DNA of 64,000 nt from Sphingomonadales bacterium (lineage in GTDB: Bacteria > Bacteroidota > Bacteroidia > UBA7662). The stretch's first letter is position 1. Each line of letters starts with the position of its first letter. The notes beneath the pieces were generated by a model that worked only from the letters and a program-made list of their open reading frames with translations, ran no database searches and was not told the origin of the DNA. Below are positions 48,678 through 58,307 of the stretch, in pieces. The position numbers and the translations under genes were made by a program. Location of the stretch: positions 8,820 to 72,819 of the forward strand of contig VHAX01000003.1 in assembly GCA_016872215.1 (NCBI GenBank). Reading direction: 5' to 3'.

Positions 48678-48869
48678 ACCCAAATTATAAGTCTCGTGAG
48701 ACACGTCGTAGCAGAAAAGCAAAAAGTTCGGGACGTCGCCCGGATGTTTGGCGTTATAGTATCGGATTTGGTCTTGTGGAATTCACTGGAAAGCACCTGT
48801 CTGGTGGGTAGACAAACCCTGAGAATTGAATTGAGAACAGACAGCATACCAGCGGAGGGAGCCAGATAA
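48678..48869 (+). pseudogene. Out-of-frame LysM-like segment (lost C-terminal domain of the SLT gene, or a 57-aa mini-protein from GTG 48696)
   Basis: Reads RHVVAEKQKVRDVARMFGVIVSDLVLWNSLESTCLVGRQTLRI. Its TAA overlaps the uvrA ATG (TAATG). Confidence 0.6.
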
Positions 48870-51754
48870 TGGCTGCAGATCATCCTATTGAAAATGAGGT
48901 GGGAGAAGTTTATATGAGTCATACTACCACAATGGACACAGATGCGGGGCTTGCACGGGATGAGGTTCGGGTGGTAGGTGCCCGTGAGCATAACCTGCGA
49001 GATATAAACGTACAGTTTCAGCGCGACCGGCTGGTGGTCATCACCGGTCTCAGTGGCAGCGGTAAGTCGTCACTCGCTTTCCAAACCATATATGCAGAAG
49101 GACAGCGGCGCTATATGGAGAGTTTTTCGGCCTATGCACGTCAGTTTATAGGAGCCATGGAACGCCCGGACGTCGATGTGATTGAGGGATTAAGTCCGGT
49201 GATTTCCATTGAGCAAAAAACGGTCGGGCGGAATCCGAGGTCAACTGTAGGCACCGTAACGGAGGTGTACGACTTCTTGAGGTTACTTTATGCACGGGTT
49301 GGGGATGCGGTTTCCTATAAGACAGGAAAGGTGATGCAGCGGCTAACCGAGGAGGAAATCCGTCGTATAATCTATGCCGATTATGCGGATCGGAACATCG
49401 TGTTGCTTGCTCCGCTCATTCGATCGCGCAAGGGCCACTACAAAGAGCTGTTTGAGCAATTGAAAAGGCAAGGCTTTATGAGGGTGAGGGTCGATGGAGA
49501 ATTTCGTGAACTGAAGTCAGGAATGCAGCTCGACCGGTACAAATCCCACGAAATCGAACTGCAGATCGATAAGTTGAAGGTGGTCGAAGGAGGCAGCAAA
49601 AGGCTTACTGAATCACTGACTCTCGCACTGAAGCAAGGGAAGGGGGTTGTTTTGTTGTGGGATGAGGAACACGCAACAGCACGCTATTTCAGTCGGTTTC
49701 TTATGGATCCGGAAAGCGGTGTGGCCTACGATGAGCCGCAGCCGAATACCTTCAGCTTTAATTCACCCCAGGGGGCCTGCCAGGCCTGCGATGGCTTGGG
49801 CAGTCTGGCCGTGGTCGACTCCGAACTCGTCATGCCCGATCCTTCCCTGAGCATTATCGGGGGTGGGATTGCCCCTTTGGGTGAGTACCGCGAAATCTGG
49901 ATTTTCCGTTTAATTACGGCTTTGGCCAAGAAGTATAAAGCCAACCTGAGCACCCCGGTCGGCCAGCTCGATGAAGGGTTTAAACAGGCGTTGCTATATG
50001 GGTCGGATGCCCTATTTGAGGTAGCGGGTCGATACGGGGAATACGGCAACAGCGTGGTTCGGTTTGAAGGGGTCATTCCTATGTTGCAAAAGCAGCGTGA
50101 CGATTCAACCGGCTCCTCCTTTCAAAATTGGGCCGAAGAGTTTCTCCAATTTCAGGTTTGTTCGGATTGTGGCGGTGCCCGCCTCAAGACCGAGTCGCTG
50201 CACTTTTTAGTGGGTGGAAAGAACATTGCTCAGGTATCGGCCATGGAGTTAACTGATCTGGCCGTTTGGCTACAAGATTTGGATTCAGGATTCTTCGGAC
50301 AAAAAGCACTCGTGGCCGCTGAGATTTTAAGGGAAATCAGCACAAGGGTCTCCTTTCTGCTCGGAATCGGATTGGGGTATTTGTCACTCGACCGCCCCGC
50401 GCGAAGCCTCAGTGGAGGCGAATCGCAGAGAATTCGATTGGCCACCCAACTGGGGTCGCAACTGGTTGGGGTCATGTATATCCTCGACGAGCCGAGTATT
50501 GGGCTGCATCAACGCGATAATCTGCAATTGATTCGCTCACTCAAAGCATTGCGCGATTCGGGCAATACCATTCTGGTGGTGGAACACGATGAGGAGATTA
50601 TTCGGCAAAGTGACTATGTGATTGATCTGGGACCGGGAGCCGGGCGTTTCGGTGGTGAGGTGGTGGCCAGCGGCCATCCCGATGATTTCATTCAGATGGA
50701 TTCCCTAACCGCCTCCTATTTACGGGGCGAGAAAACCATGCCGTTTCGTGCAACCCGCATGCCCGGAACCAAGTGGCTGGCGCTGCAGGGGGTAAAGGGC
50801 CATAACCTCAAGAATGTTAATGTACGTTTCCCCTTGGGGAGTTTAATATGTGTGACCGGGGTGTCGGGATCGGGAAAATCGACACTTATCCATGAAAACC
50901 TGTTCCCCTTGCTTAGTCAGAGATTAACGGTCAGCCGCCGCCGCCCTTTGGGGGTGGATTCAGTAGAAGGGGTTGAGCACATCGATAAAGTCATTGAGGT
51001 CGACCAGGCACCAATCGGGCGAACGCCACGGTCGAATCCGAGTACGTATACCGGTGTGTTCACCGACATCCGCCAATTGTTTGCCGAGTTGCCCGAAGCC
51101 AAAATTCGGGGCTACAAGCCGGGCCGATTTTCGTTTAATGTGAAGGGGGGGCGCTGCGAGACCTGCGGAGGCGCGGGTATGCGCATAGTGGAGATGAACT
51201 TCTTGCCCGATGTGGAGGTGCGGTGTGAAGAGTGTGCCGGTCGGCGCTACAACCGTGAGACGCTTGAAGTACGTTATAAGGGCAAATCAATCAGCGAGGT
51301 ATTGGATATGAGCATTTCCGATGCACTCGTTTTTTTTGAGAACATCCCGTTGATCAACCGGAAAATACAGACCCTTCAAGAGGTGGGATTGGGTTATCTG
51401 ACGTTGGGACAATCCTCAACGACTTTGTCGGGGGGTGAGGCGCAGCGGGTCAAACTGGCGTCAGAATTATCGCGACGCGATACGGGAAACACTTTCTATA
51501 TACTCGACGAGCCTACTACCGGACTGCATTTCGAAGATATACGTGTGTTGATGGAGGTGCTGCACCGGTTGGTCGACCGTGGAAATACAGTCCTCATCAT
51601 TGAACACAACCTCGATGTGATTCGGTCTGCCGATTACCTTATCGATATGGGGCCCGACGGTGGCAAGGCGGGGGGGAGAATATTGTATGCCGGGCCGCGT
51701 GATGGACTCCGAAATGTGGCTGAAAGCTACACTGCCCGCTATTTGATGATTTGA
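48869..51754 (+). CDS. uvrA: Excinuclease ABC subunit A
   Basis: GAREHNL, GLSGSGKSS, FSFNSPQGAC, LSGGESQRIRLA, GVSGSGKST and LSGGEAQRVKLA. Confidence 0.98.
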   Translation: MAADHPIENEVGEVYMSHTTTMDTDAGLARDEVRVVGAREHNLRDINVQFQRDRLVVITGLSGSGKSSLAFQTIYAEGQRRYMESFSAYARQFIGAMERPDVDVIEGLSPVISIEQKTVGRNPRSTVGTVTEVYDFLRLLYARVGDAVSYKTGKVMQRLTEEEIRRIIYADYADRNIVLLAPLIRSRKGHYKELFEQLKRQGFMRVRVDGEFRELKSGMQLDRYKSHEIELQIDKLKVVEGGSKRLTESLTLALKQGKGVVLLWDEEHATARYFSRFLMDPESGVAYDEPQPNTFSFNSPQGACQACDGLGSLAVVDSELVMPDPSLSIIGGGIAPLGEYREIWIFRLITALAKKYKANLSTPVGQLDEGFKQALLYGSDALFEVAGRYGEYGNSVVRFEGVIPMLQKQRDDSTGSSFQNWAEEFLQFQVCSDCGGARLKTESLHFLVGGKNIAQVSAMELTDLAVWLQDLDSGFFGQKALVAAEILREISTRVSFLLGIGLGYLSLDRPARSLSGGESQRIRLATQLGSQLVGVMYILDEPSIGLHQRDNLQLIRSLKALRDSGNTILVVEHDEEIIRQSDYVIDLGPGAGRFGGEVVASGHPDDFIQMDSLTASYLRGEKTMPFRATRMPGTKWLALQGVKGHNLKNVNVRFPLGSLICVTGVSGSGKSTLIHENLFPLLSQRLTVSRRRPLGVDSVEGVEHIDKVIEVDQAPIGRTPRSNPSTYTGVFTDIRQLFAELPEAKIRGYKPGRFSFNVKGGRCETCGGAGMRIVEMNFLPDVEVRCEECAGRRYNRETLEVRYKGKSISEVLDMSISDALVFFENIPLINRKIQTLQEVGLGYLTLGQSSTTLSGGEAQRVKLASELSRRDTGNTFYILDEPTTGLHFEDIRVLMEVLHRLVDRGNTVLIIEHNLDVIRSADYLIDMGPDGGKAGGRILYAGPRDGLRNVAESYTARYLMI

Positions 51755-52191
51755 TTCGTGTGGTTTTTGGTATCCACCTTCTCGATTACTTCCGCTATGA
51801 CTCCATTCTCGTCGATTACGAAAGTAACCCGATCCGTTCCCATGTATTTCCGCCCGTACATGCTTTTTTCAACCCAGGTCCCGTAAGCGGAGTGGATGCT
51901 TTTGTCTTCATCAGCAATCAGATCGAAGGGCAGATTATATTTATGAACGAACTTATTGTGCGATTTCACCCCGTCGGCGCTCACGCCCGCCACCACATAT
52001 CCGGATGCCCGTAGCGCTGCATAGTTGTCGCGTAAATTACACGCTTCGGCCGTACAACCCGGCGTGTCGTCTTTCGGGTAGAAATACAGGACGATTTTTT
52101 TACCTGAAAAATTCTGAGAATCGATGTTTACCCCATTCTGATTGGGGCCTCTGAAGGCTGGTGCTTTTTGTCCGATTTTGGGTCTGCTCAT
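51739..52191 (-). CDS. bcp: Thioredoxin-dependent thiol peroxidase BCP
   Basis: VLYFYPKDDTPGCTAEAC motif. Confidence 0.95.
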   Translation of the reverse strand: MSRPKIGQKAPAFRGPNQNGVNIDSQNFSGKKIVLYFYPKDDTPGCTAEACNLRDNYAALRASGYVVAGVSADGVKSHNKFVHKYNLPFDLIADEDKSIHSAYGTWVEKSMYGRKYMGTDRVTFVIDENGVIAEVIEKVDTKNHTNQIIK

Positions 52192-53981
52192 GGTATGTAA
52201 ACGGGGATTTCGTAGCTGGCCTCATTGCCAACGGCATCAATAACAATTAAACAAAGGATTTGATTGCCCCTTGGTGCATTTTCATCGATACGCACGGTGA
52301 GGGTGGCTGATTTTGCATCCCAGCTCAATCTATTCCAATATTCACCCACATAAAAGTGGAAATTCTTGATGCCTGATCGGGCATCGCTGGTGGAAAAATA
52401 CAGTGTACTGCCCACCTGAAGGGTGTCGCTTTTCAACTTTTCCTGCATACTGATCCCGGGGGCAATGGTATCTGTGGCCAGATAAAATGTGCCGAGTTGA
52501 CGCGTTTTGGTTTCAAACCAATCGCCTTTCCATGTGCCGACATGTGCGACCTGAACGCCTTTGATGCCTGTGCCGATAGTCACAATTTTGTTTTTTAGGT
52601 GCGCAGGCACGTTAGGGGCTCGAATCGACAAGGGAAAATATTGATGTACGGGGATGCGGGCGCTGCTGATGCCGTATTCGGGTGAACAGGAACCAGCGGG
52701 ACCCGGTCTGATGGTGATTCGGGTTTTGAGGGTATCGTATAGGGTGCCGACAGGTATAGTAAGGCGAAGGTCGGCCCGCTCTATATTCAGTACCCGATTG
52801 GGTGGAGCCACTATTTCGTGTTGCGGCGTGGGAGCGGATGCTTTTTCGGATGCGTGGCCAGCGGTTCCCGTGAGTGTGAATGTGCATTCCGATTGATTTT
52901 TGTAAAAGTCGGTTGCGACGATTCGGTACCAGGTTTTTTCGCCGATCGTGGGGGTTAGTGTGCCGTTGCCCAGCTCCATATTGAGTAAACGGAGGTGGTT
53001 GCCCGGCGCCCGAAAAAGCCGGTAGAAAGTCTCATTGTTGAGCATTTTGCCCTCATAATCCATTACGGAATTGGCAAAGCGGGTTTCGGAGTGGGCATAG
53101 CGGTCGGCCTGAAATTCATAAAGAGTATCCTCGCCGCGGATCAGAAGTAGTTTGTAGATGCCCTGCCTCAGCTCATTATCGTTGTGTTTGTCCCACACCT
53201 TCACCTGAACATGGCAGGAGCCTCGTACAGTCATTTCCTTCTTCGTAATCCAAAATCCTGTTCTGTCCTGAATGATATTTTGTCGAAATGGGTAGTATTT
53301 CCCCTGAACCTGACTGCCTTTTCCGAGGGGAACGATCTCCAGGCAGTCGAAGGTGGGGCGCACCTCGTCGGCCACCTGTAGACCAAACCAATGAGGATTA
53401 ATGAGCTCTTCGGTTTCGGTGTGGCGAATTTCGAAGTGCAGATGCGGGCCTCCGGAGGCACCTGTGTTGCCACTGAGTGCCACCAGCTGGTCTTTTTTTA
53501 CCGGTAGTTCATCTTCCTGAAGGAATACATCCAGTTCATTCTCCTGCAATTGCTCATGTCGACGGTTTACCCAAGTTAGAATGGGTTTCCCGAAGGTAGA
53601 CAGATGTCCGTATACCGTAGTATAGCCATTGGGGTGAACGATATAGAGGCAGTTGCCATATCCATGGCCCGACACCCGGATGCGACCCACATATCCATCG
53701 GCTGCGGCGTAGATGGGCCGTCCCTCCTCACCGCCAGTTCGGAAATCCAATCCGCTGTGCAGGTGGTTGTTACGCAGTTCCGCAAATCCACCCGACAACA
53801 TAAGTGGCGTGTCGAGTGGAGTGGTGAAATAATCGGTCGGGAAACGTGATTGCCCGACTGCTTGGGATTGAAAAAGGAATATAAACAATCCAAAAGCTGC
53901 GATCAGATCAGGCAATTGCTGTCGGTAGATAATGGGGACCCCTCGGCCCGGCAAACTGAACAGCGCTCGTCTCATGAACAA
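52188..53981 (-). CDS. M23 family metallopeptidase, long Bacteroidota type
   Basis: HLHSGLDFRT, YAAADG, YGHL and SGNTGASGGPHLHFE. Start uncertain. Confidence 0.9.
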   Translation of the reverse strand: MFMRRALFSLPGRGVPIIYRQQLPDLIAAFGLFIFLFQSQAVGQSRFPTDYFTTPLDTPLMLSGGFAELRNNHLHSGLDFRTGGEEGRPIYAAADGYVGRIRVSGHGYGNCLYIVHPNGYTTVYGHLSTFGKPILTWVNRRHEQLQENELDVFLQEDELPVKKDQLVALSGNTGASGGPHLHFEIRHTETEELINPHWFGLQVADEVRPTFDCLEIVPLGKGSQVQGKYYPFRQNIIQDRTGFWITKKEMTVRGSCHVQVKVWDKHNDNELRQGIYKLLLIRGEDTLYEFQADRYAHSETRFANSVMDYEGKMLNNETFYRLFRAPGNHLRLLNMELGNGTLTPTIGEKTWYRIVATDFYKNQSECTFTLTGTAGHASEKASAPTPQHEIVAPPNRVLNIERADLRLTIPVGTLYDTLKTRITIRPGPAGSCSPEYGISSARIPVHQYFPLSIRAPNVPAHLKNKIVTIGTGIKGVQVAHVGTWKGDWFETKTRQLGTFYLATDTIAPGISMQEKLKSDTLQVGSTLYFSTSDARSGIKNFHFYVGEYWNRLSWDAKSATLTVRIDENAPRGNQILCLIVIDAVGNEASYEIPVYIP

Positions 53982-54002
53982 AACAATGCGAATTCGGCAG
54001 AT

Positions 54003-54716
54003 TCAAAAATTGGGGCTCAGTATGAATTTGCTGTAAAAATCCTCGATGTGCTGCACCGCTTCATCCGCTGTATCCACCACTGACATCAGATCGAGGTCTG
54101 CGGGGTTGATGTTGCGCTCCTGCTCAAGCATGGTACCCCTTAGCCAGTCGGTCAGGCCTTTCCAATAGTCGGCTCCCACCAACACCAAAGGAAAACGGCC
54201 TGTTTTTCGGGTTTGGATCAGGGTGAGTGCCTCGAAAAGTTCATCCATAGTGCCAAATCCGCCAGGTAGGACCACGAAACCTTGTGCATACTTGATAAAC
54301 ATGAGCTTTCGAACGAAGAAATAGTCGAAGTTGATCAGTTTGTCGCTGTCGATGTAGGGGTTGTTGAATTGCTCGAAGGGTAAATCGATATTAAGCCCAA
54401 CACTTTTCCCGCCCGCCAGCTTGGCGCCTTTGTTGCCTGCTTCCATGATGCCGGGGCCACCGCCTGTAATGACGCCGTATCCTTTTTCTGTCAGTTTTTG
54501 GCCGATTTCTTCAGCCAACAAATAATAAGGGTGATTGGGGGCGGTGCGTGCAGATCCAAAGATGGAAACACAGGGGCCGATTCTTGATAATTTTTCGAAT
54601 CCTTCTACGAATTCGGCGATGATTTTGAAGATCTGCCAGGATGAAGCTGCTTTTATTTCGGTCCAGCTTTTTTGCTCGAATACATTTCTAAAATTGTCTT
54701 GTTCTTCGGGTGTCAT
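54003..54716 (-). CDS. LOG family (TIGR00730) Rossmann-fold nucleotide phosphoribohydrolase
   Basis: VSIFGSART, ITGGGPGIMEA, FFVRKLMF and PGGFGTMDELFE. Confidence 0.95.
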   Translation of the reverse strand: MTPEEQDNFRNVFEQKSWTEIKAASSWQIFKIIAEFVEGFEKLSRIGPCVSIFGSARTAPNHPYYLLAEEIGQKLTEKGYGVITGGGPGIMEAGNKGAKLAGGKSVGLNIDLPFEQFNNPYIDSDKLINFDYFFVRKLMFIKYAQGFVVLPGGFGTMDELFEALTLIQTRKTGRFPLVLVGADYWKGLTDWLRGTMLEQERNINPADLDLMSVVDTADEAVQHIEDFYSKFILSPNF

Positions 54717-56164
54717 ATGGTTTTTGTTTTGGGGTTAGATAGGGAAATCAGCTGAAGTAAACCAAAGGCAATGGTCCCGTTCAGTATCAGCAGTTCAAAA
54801 CCAAATATATAGCCGTTCAGCCATTTTTTAGAGTATTGATCGATCAGGTAACACAAAACAGGCGACAGCAAGGCAATGGCGGGCACCCATGAATCGCGGG
54901 GCATTCTTTGGGTGAACATACCGAACGTGTATAGTCCCAGTAGTGGTCCATAGGTGTAGCCGGCAATGCGAAAAAGTTGATTCAGCAGTGCGTCGTTGTG
55001 ATACTGTCGGAATATTAGAATTTGAATCGCCAAGAGCACCGACATACCCAGATGGACCCACATTCGGGTCTGTTTCGATCCCTTTTCTTCTTGAAATCCC
55101 AGAAGGTCCACGCAAAAGGAGGTGGTGAGTGCAGTGAGTGCGGAATCAGCGCTAGAATACGCCGCGGCAATCAGGCCGATGGTGAACACAAGCGCTATGG
55201 TGGGTCCGAAGGTGTTCATGGCAAGCTGAGGGAACAACTCATCAGACTTTGCTGGCAATTCGACTTGTTGCTGTGCGCAGTACATATAGAGCAGTGCGCC
55301 GAGCATGAGGAACAGAAGGTTCACACCCACCAGCACCAGGCTGAACCACTGCATGTTTTTCTGTGCTTCGGGGAGGCTTCTGCAACTGAGATTTTTCTGC
55401 ATCATATCCTGGTCGAGGCCGGTCATCACGATCGTAATGAATGCACCTGATACAAACATTTTCAGAAAATAGTCGGGTTGGCGCCAATTGGTTTCCCAAA
55501 CGTCTGAAAATGGGCTGTTGTAGACCTGGTCTGGAATGTCATGCCAGGGGATACTCAGCGCATCCCCCACCATCCCGATGCCCATAACGACTGCGAGTAG
55601 CAGGAATGCGGTTTGAAGGGTGTCGGTCCAAATAATGGTTTTGATCCCACTTTGGAAGGTATACAGCCAGATAAGTCCGATGGTTGCCATGGTAGTCAGC
55701 CAAAAGGGAACGCCGAGGGGGGCGAGGATCCATTTGTCTAATACCATAGCCACCAGATAGAGGCGCAACGATGAGCCGAGGCTGCGCGAGATCAGAAACA
55801 GAGCAGAGCCGGTGAAGTGACTCCTTCTCCCGAACCGTTCGCCCAGATATGCGTAAATACTTGTCAGTTTTTGGCGGTAGTATAGGGGGAGCAGGAACCG
55901 GCTGACCACCCAATAACCCGCCAAATATCCCATAACCATTTGCAGGTAATGAAATCCGCCTTTGCCCACCATGCCCGGAACGGAAATAAAGGTGACGCCG
56001 GAAATACTCGATCCGATCATTCCGAAGGCCACCACATACCAGGCAGAATTCCGGCCGGCCAGAAAAAAAGAGTTATTGTCGCTGTGCCCCTGGTTGAATC
56101 GGGAAATACCAATGAGCAAAAGAAAGTAACCAATAATGATCGAGGCTAAAAACAATGGGTTCAT
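54713..56164 (-). CDS. Sodium:solute symporter (SSS) family
   Basis: FFLAGR, SGVTFISVPG, GIKTIIWTD, GLDQDMMQKNL and AAAYSSADS. Confidence 0.93.
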   Translation of the reverse strand: MNPLFLASIIIGYFLLLIGISRFNQGHSDNNSFFLAGRNSAWYVVAFGMIGSSISGVTFISVPGMVGKGGFHYLQMVMGYLAGYWVVSRFLLPLYYRQKLTSIYAYLGERFGRRSHFTGSALFLISRSLGSSLRLYLVAMVLDKWILAPLGVPFWLTTMATIGLIWLYTFQSGIKTIIWTDTLQTAFLLLAVVMGIGMVGDALSIPWHDIPDQVYNSPFSDVWETNWRQPDYFLKMFVSGAFITIVMTGLDQDMMQKNLSCRSLPEAQKNMQWFSLVLVGVNLLFLMLGALLYMYCAQQQVELPAKSDELFPQLAMNTFGPTIALVFTIGLIAAAYSSADSALTALTTSFCVDLLGFQEEKGSKQTRMWVHLGMSVLLAIQILIFRQYHNDALLNQLFRIAGYTYGPLLGLYTFGMFTQRMPRDSWVPAIALLSPVLCYLIDQYSKKWLNGYIFGFELLILNGTIAFGLLQLISLSNPKTKTI

Positions 56165-56197
56165 GTGGCAATCATACGGATGATTGCCGCAAGGTAG

Positions 56198-56205
56198 TAT
56201 TTTTG
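56198..56205 (+). promoter_or_regulatory. -7 element 4 nt upstream of the recR GTG
   Basis: TATTTTTG-AGGT-GTG. Confidence 0.6.
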
Positions 56206-56209
56206 AGGT

Positions 56210-56824
56210 GTGGAATATCCCTCGAAATTGCTGGAAGATGCTGTATCTGCATTATCTCGCCTTCCTGGCATCGGTCGCAAGTCTGCTCTTCGTCTGGCGC
56301 TTTTTATGTTGCGGAGTGATGCTGAAATTTCCAGGGACCTGTCAGTTTCCTTGGCGCGACTGCGTTCGGAGATGAAATACTGTGTGCGGTGCAGCAATAT
56401 GAGCGATGAGGATTTATGCCGCATTTGTTCCAGTTCATCGCGTCGACAAGGCCTGATATGTGTGGTCGCCGATTTTCGGGATGTGATGGCCATCGAACAG
56501 ACGCGGCAGTTCGCAGGCACATATCATGTTTTGGGCGGATTGATTTCACCTATGGATGGGGTGGGTCCCGAAAAATTGCGCATAGATGAGTTGGTGGGCA
56601 GAATTGTAGATGAACAAATCCATGAGATTCTGATTGCCTTATCAGCCACCATGGAGGGCGATACGACCGCTTTTTATCTGGCCAAACGACTAGAACCCTA
56701 TCAACTAACCATCAGTATCATATCTAGGGGAATTGCCATTGGCGGCGAGTTGGAATATGCCGATGAGCTCACCCTGGGCCGATCCATACAGCATAGGGTG
56801 CCATTCGGATCGCAGGGTTATTGA
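56210..56824 (+). CDS. recR: Recombination mediator RecR
   Basis: LPGIGRKSALRLA, C4 zinc finger, YHVLGGLISP and EGDTTA. Confidence 0.97.
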   Translation: MEYPSKLLEDAVSALSRLPGIGRKSALRLALFMLRSDAEISRDLSVSLARLRSEMKYCVRCSNMSDEDLCRICSSSSRRQGLICVVADFRDVMAIEQTRQFAGTYHVLGGLISPMDGVGPEKLRIDELVGRIVDEQIHEILIALSATMEGDTTAFYLAKRLEPYQLTISIISRGIAIGGELEYADELTLGRSIQHRVPFGSQGY

Positions 56825-56903
56825 CCTGCTTGAGTGCAGTTGGGTCGTGTTTCGGTTGTGTACGCCTTGACATGCGTCCCCCTACGGGTCTAGTCACCAA
56901 GCG

Positions 56904-56997
56904 AAGCACTGCTATTTTGAGGAATCTATCCGGTTTGTTTCCACAAAAGTGATGACACCAAACAAAGCACTTCGATTTTGTGGAATCTATTCGGTTT
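56904..56997. repeat. Imperfect 33-bp direct repeat (29/33 identical) with an interleaved inverted repeat
   Basis: AAGCACTGCTATTTTGAGGAATCTATCCGGTTT (56904-56936) versus AAGCACTTCGATTTTGTGGAATCTATTCGGTTT (56965-56997). TTCCACAAAA/TTTTGTGGAA stem at 56939-56985. Confidence 0.8.
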
Positions 56998-57349
56998 CGC
57001 CCCACAATTCGAAAAGGCGATTCAGGAATAGATTTTCTTCAGGCGAAACCTGATTGTCGGCTGTCACCAGGTCCATAGCTTGCTGCAAAAACCGGGTGCG
57101 CTCTTCGGGGGTCGACTGTCGGTAAAATTGATTCATGGAGTCGCGGAATTCAAGCATCAAATCATCTTTTTCAAGGCTTTCTAGCCTTATTTGCTCGGAA
57201 TGTATGGCCGCTTCGAGAAATTCAGGGTCGAAATAGTCGCCCAAAAAGTTGATAATCTGCCTTTTTTCAAGACTAAAGTGGGTTCCATCCTCGATGGCTA
57301 GAATCATCAGCATTTTGTAGCCCGCGGTCGATTTGTTGAGGGGGCTCAT
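56987..57349 (-). CDS. TerB-like (tellurite resistance/DjlA N-terminal) protein
   Basis: GYKMLMILAIEDG...E and MDLVTADNQVSPEENLFLNRL duplicated helical motif. Confidence 0.75.
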   Translation of the reverse strand: MSPLNKSTAGYKMLMILAIEDGTHFSLEKRQIINFLGDYFDPEFLEAAIHSEQIRLESLEKDDLMLEFRDSMNQFYRQSTPEERTRFLQQAMDLVTADNQVSPEENLFLNRLFELWGETE

Positions 57350-57787
57350 TTACTCTTCTTCAAAAATTTCTATGGTTTTGGATTTCTTAATCATGTGGGT
57401 GAATCGTCCCTCATAGCGGGTGGCGCGTACCATATGGTTGTCAATCCAATGATAATTGCCTCCGCGGGGCTTGCCCATAATCATGCCGTGGTATTTGAAT
57501 CCATACTTCCTGAGCCAGGCATCAGTGATTTCTCTCAGATCCTCAGTGCGCGAGGTGAAAAAGTAGATTCTATGTCCGGAATCGTGCCATTCATTCAATG
57601 TTTTCAGGGCATCTGGAAAGGGCTCGCAATGCTTCATGCGTTCCGGCTCTTCGTTGGGTATATCATTGCAAATGGTGCCGTCGATGTCAATTAAAAAATT
57701 ACGGACATCAGGAGGCAGGATCGGACTTATGGACCGACCCTCGGCATCGCGCGCCTTTTTCAGAAGCGGATCTTCTAGTTTGTTCAT
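57350..57787 (-). CDS. Minimal cap-less HAD-superfamily phosphatase-like protein
   Basis: FLIDIDGTI (motif I), FFTSR (motif II), MGKPR (motif III) and WIDN (motif IV). Confidence 0.8.
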   Translation of the reverse strand: MNKLEDPLLKKARDAEGRSISPILPPDVRNFLIDIDGTICNDIPNEEPERMKHCEPFPDALKTLNEWHDSGHRIYFFTSRTEDLREITDAWLRKYGFKYHGMIMGKPRGGNYHWIDNHMVRATRYEGRFTHMIKKSKTIEIFEEE

Positions 57788-57943
57788 TACATGAGGTGAA
57801 AGGTGATTAATTGGGTCTCAAAAAAACGAAAAAAACAGAAAACAGCAAAGGAGTTCAAAACATTTTTATGATTGAACAAGCACCTGCCGAGGCAAGCATC
57901 TTTATATTTTGTATTAGTATTAAACATCATGCATAATTTATTT

Positions 57944-57951
57944 TATATTTG
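57944..57951 (+). promoter_or_regulatory. -7 element upstream of the Zn-ribbon ORF
   Basis: TATATTTG. The ORF-track TTG start lies inside this motif, so the real start is probably GTG 57973. Confidence 0.55.
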
Positions 57952-57972
57952 CAATCAACAATAAAAATAATA

Positions 57973-58224
57973 GTGAAATTCGATGGCTACCGGGTGTGCC
58001 CCAGCTGCGGCAAGCAAGGAAAGATGTTGCCCAAAAACAACCACAACCCCAAGTCAATTATCCGCAGCTATACCTGCCAGAGCTGCTACTGGAGTGGGCC
58101 TATGTTCAAAGCCATTAAGAAACATAGCTTTTTGGAGTTTTATATCTTGTTGCTTGGACTCATTTCTTTGATTATTGCCTCAATATTCTTAATTTTCTAT
58201 ATTCTGAGCCAATTGCCGAATTAA
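57973..58224 (+). CDS. Small Zn-ribbon membrane protein (CxxC...CxxC plus one TM helix)
   Basis: CPSC and CQSC pairs, followed by hydrophobic FYILLLGLISLIIASIFLIFYIL. Confidence 0.6.
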   Translation: MKFDGYRVCPSCGKQGKMLPKNNHNPKSIIRSYTCQSCYWSGPMFKAIKKHSFLEFYILLLGLISLIIASIFLIFYILSQLPN

Positions 58225-58307
58225 AAATTTCAAACGGATTATAGTGGGCGTAGCGACAACCAGCATTCATAAATCCCCGAAATTCTTTATGTTTGTTCAT
58301 AAAAAAC

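Noticed and set aside
48623-48991. 122-aa minus-strand ORF in the SLT-uvrA gap
   Set aside because: No recognisable motif and it overlaps both flanking genes. The plus-strand LysM-like frame explains the region better.
57949-57972. TTG start of the Zn-ribbon ORF given in the ORF track
   Set aside because: The TTG is part of the TATATTTG promoter motif, so GTG 57973 is more plausible.
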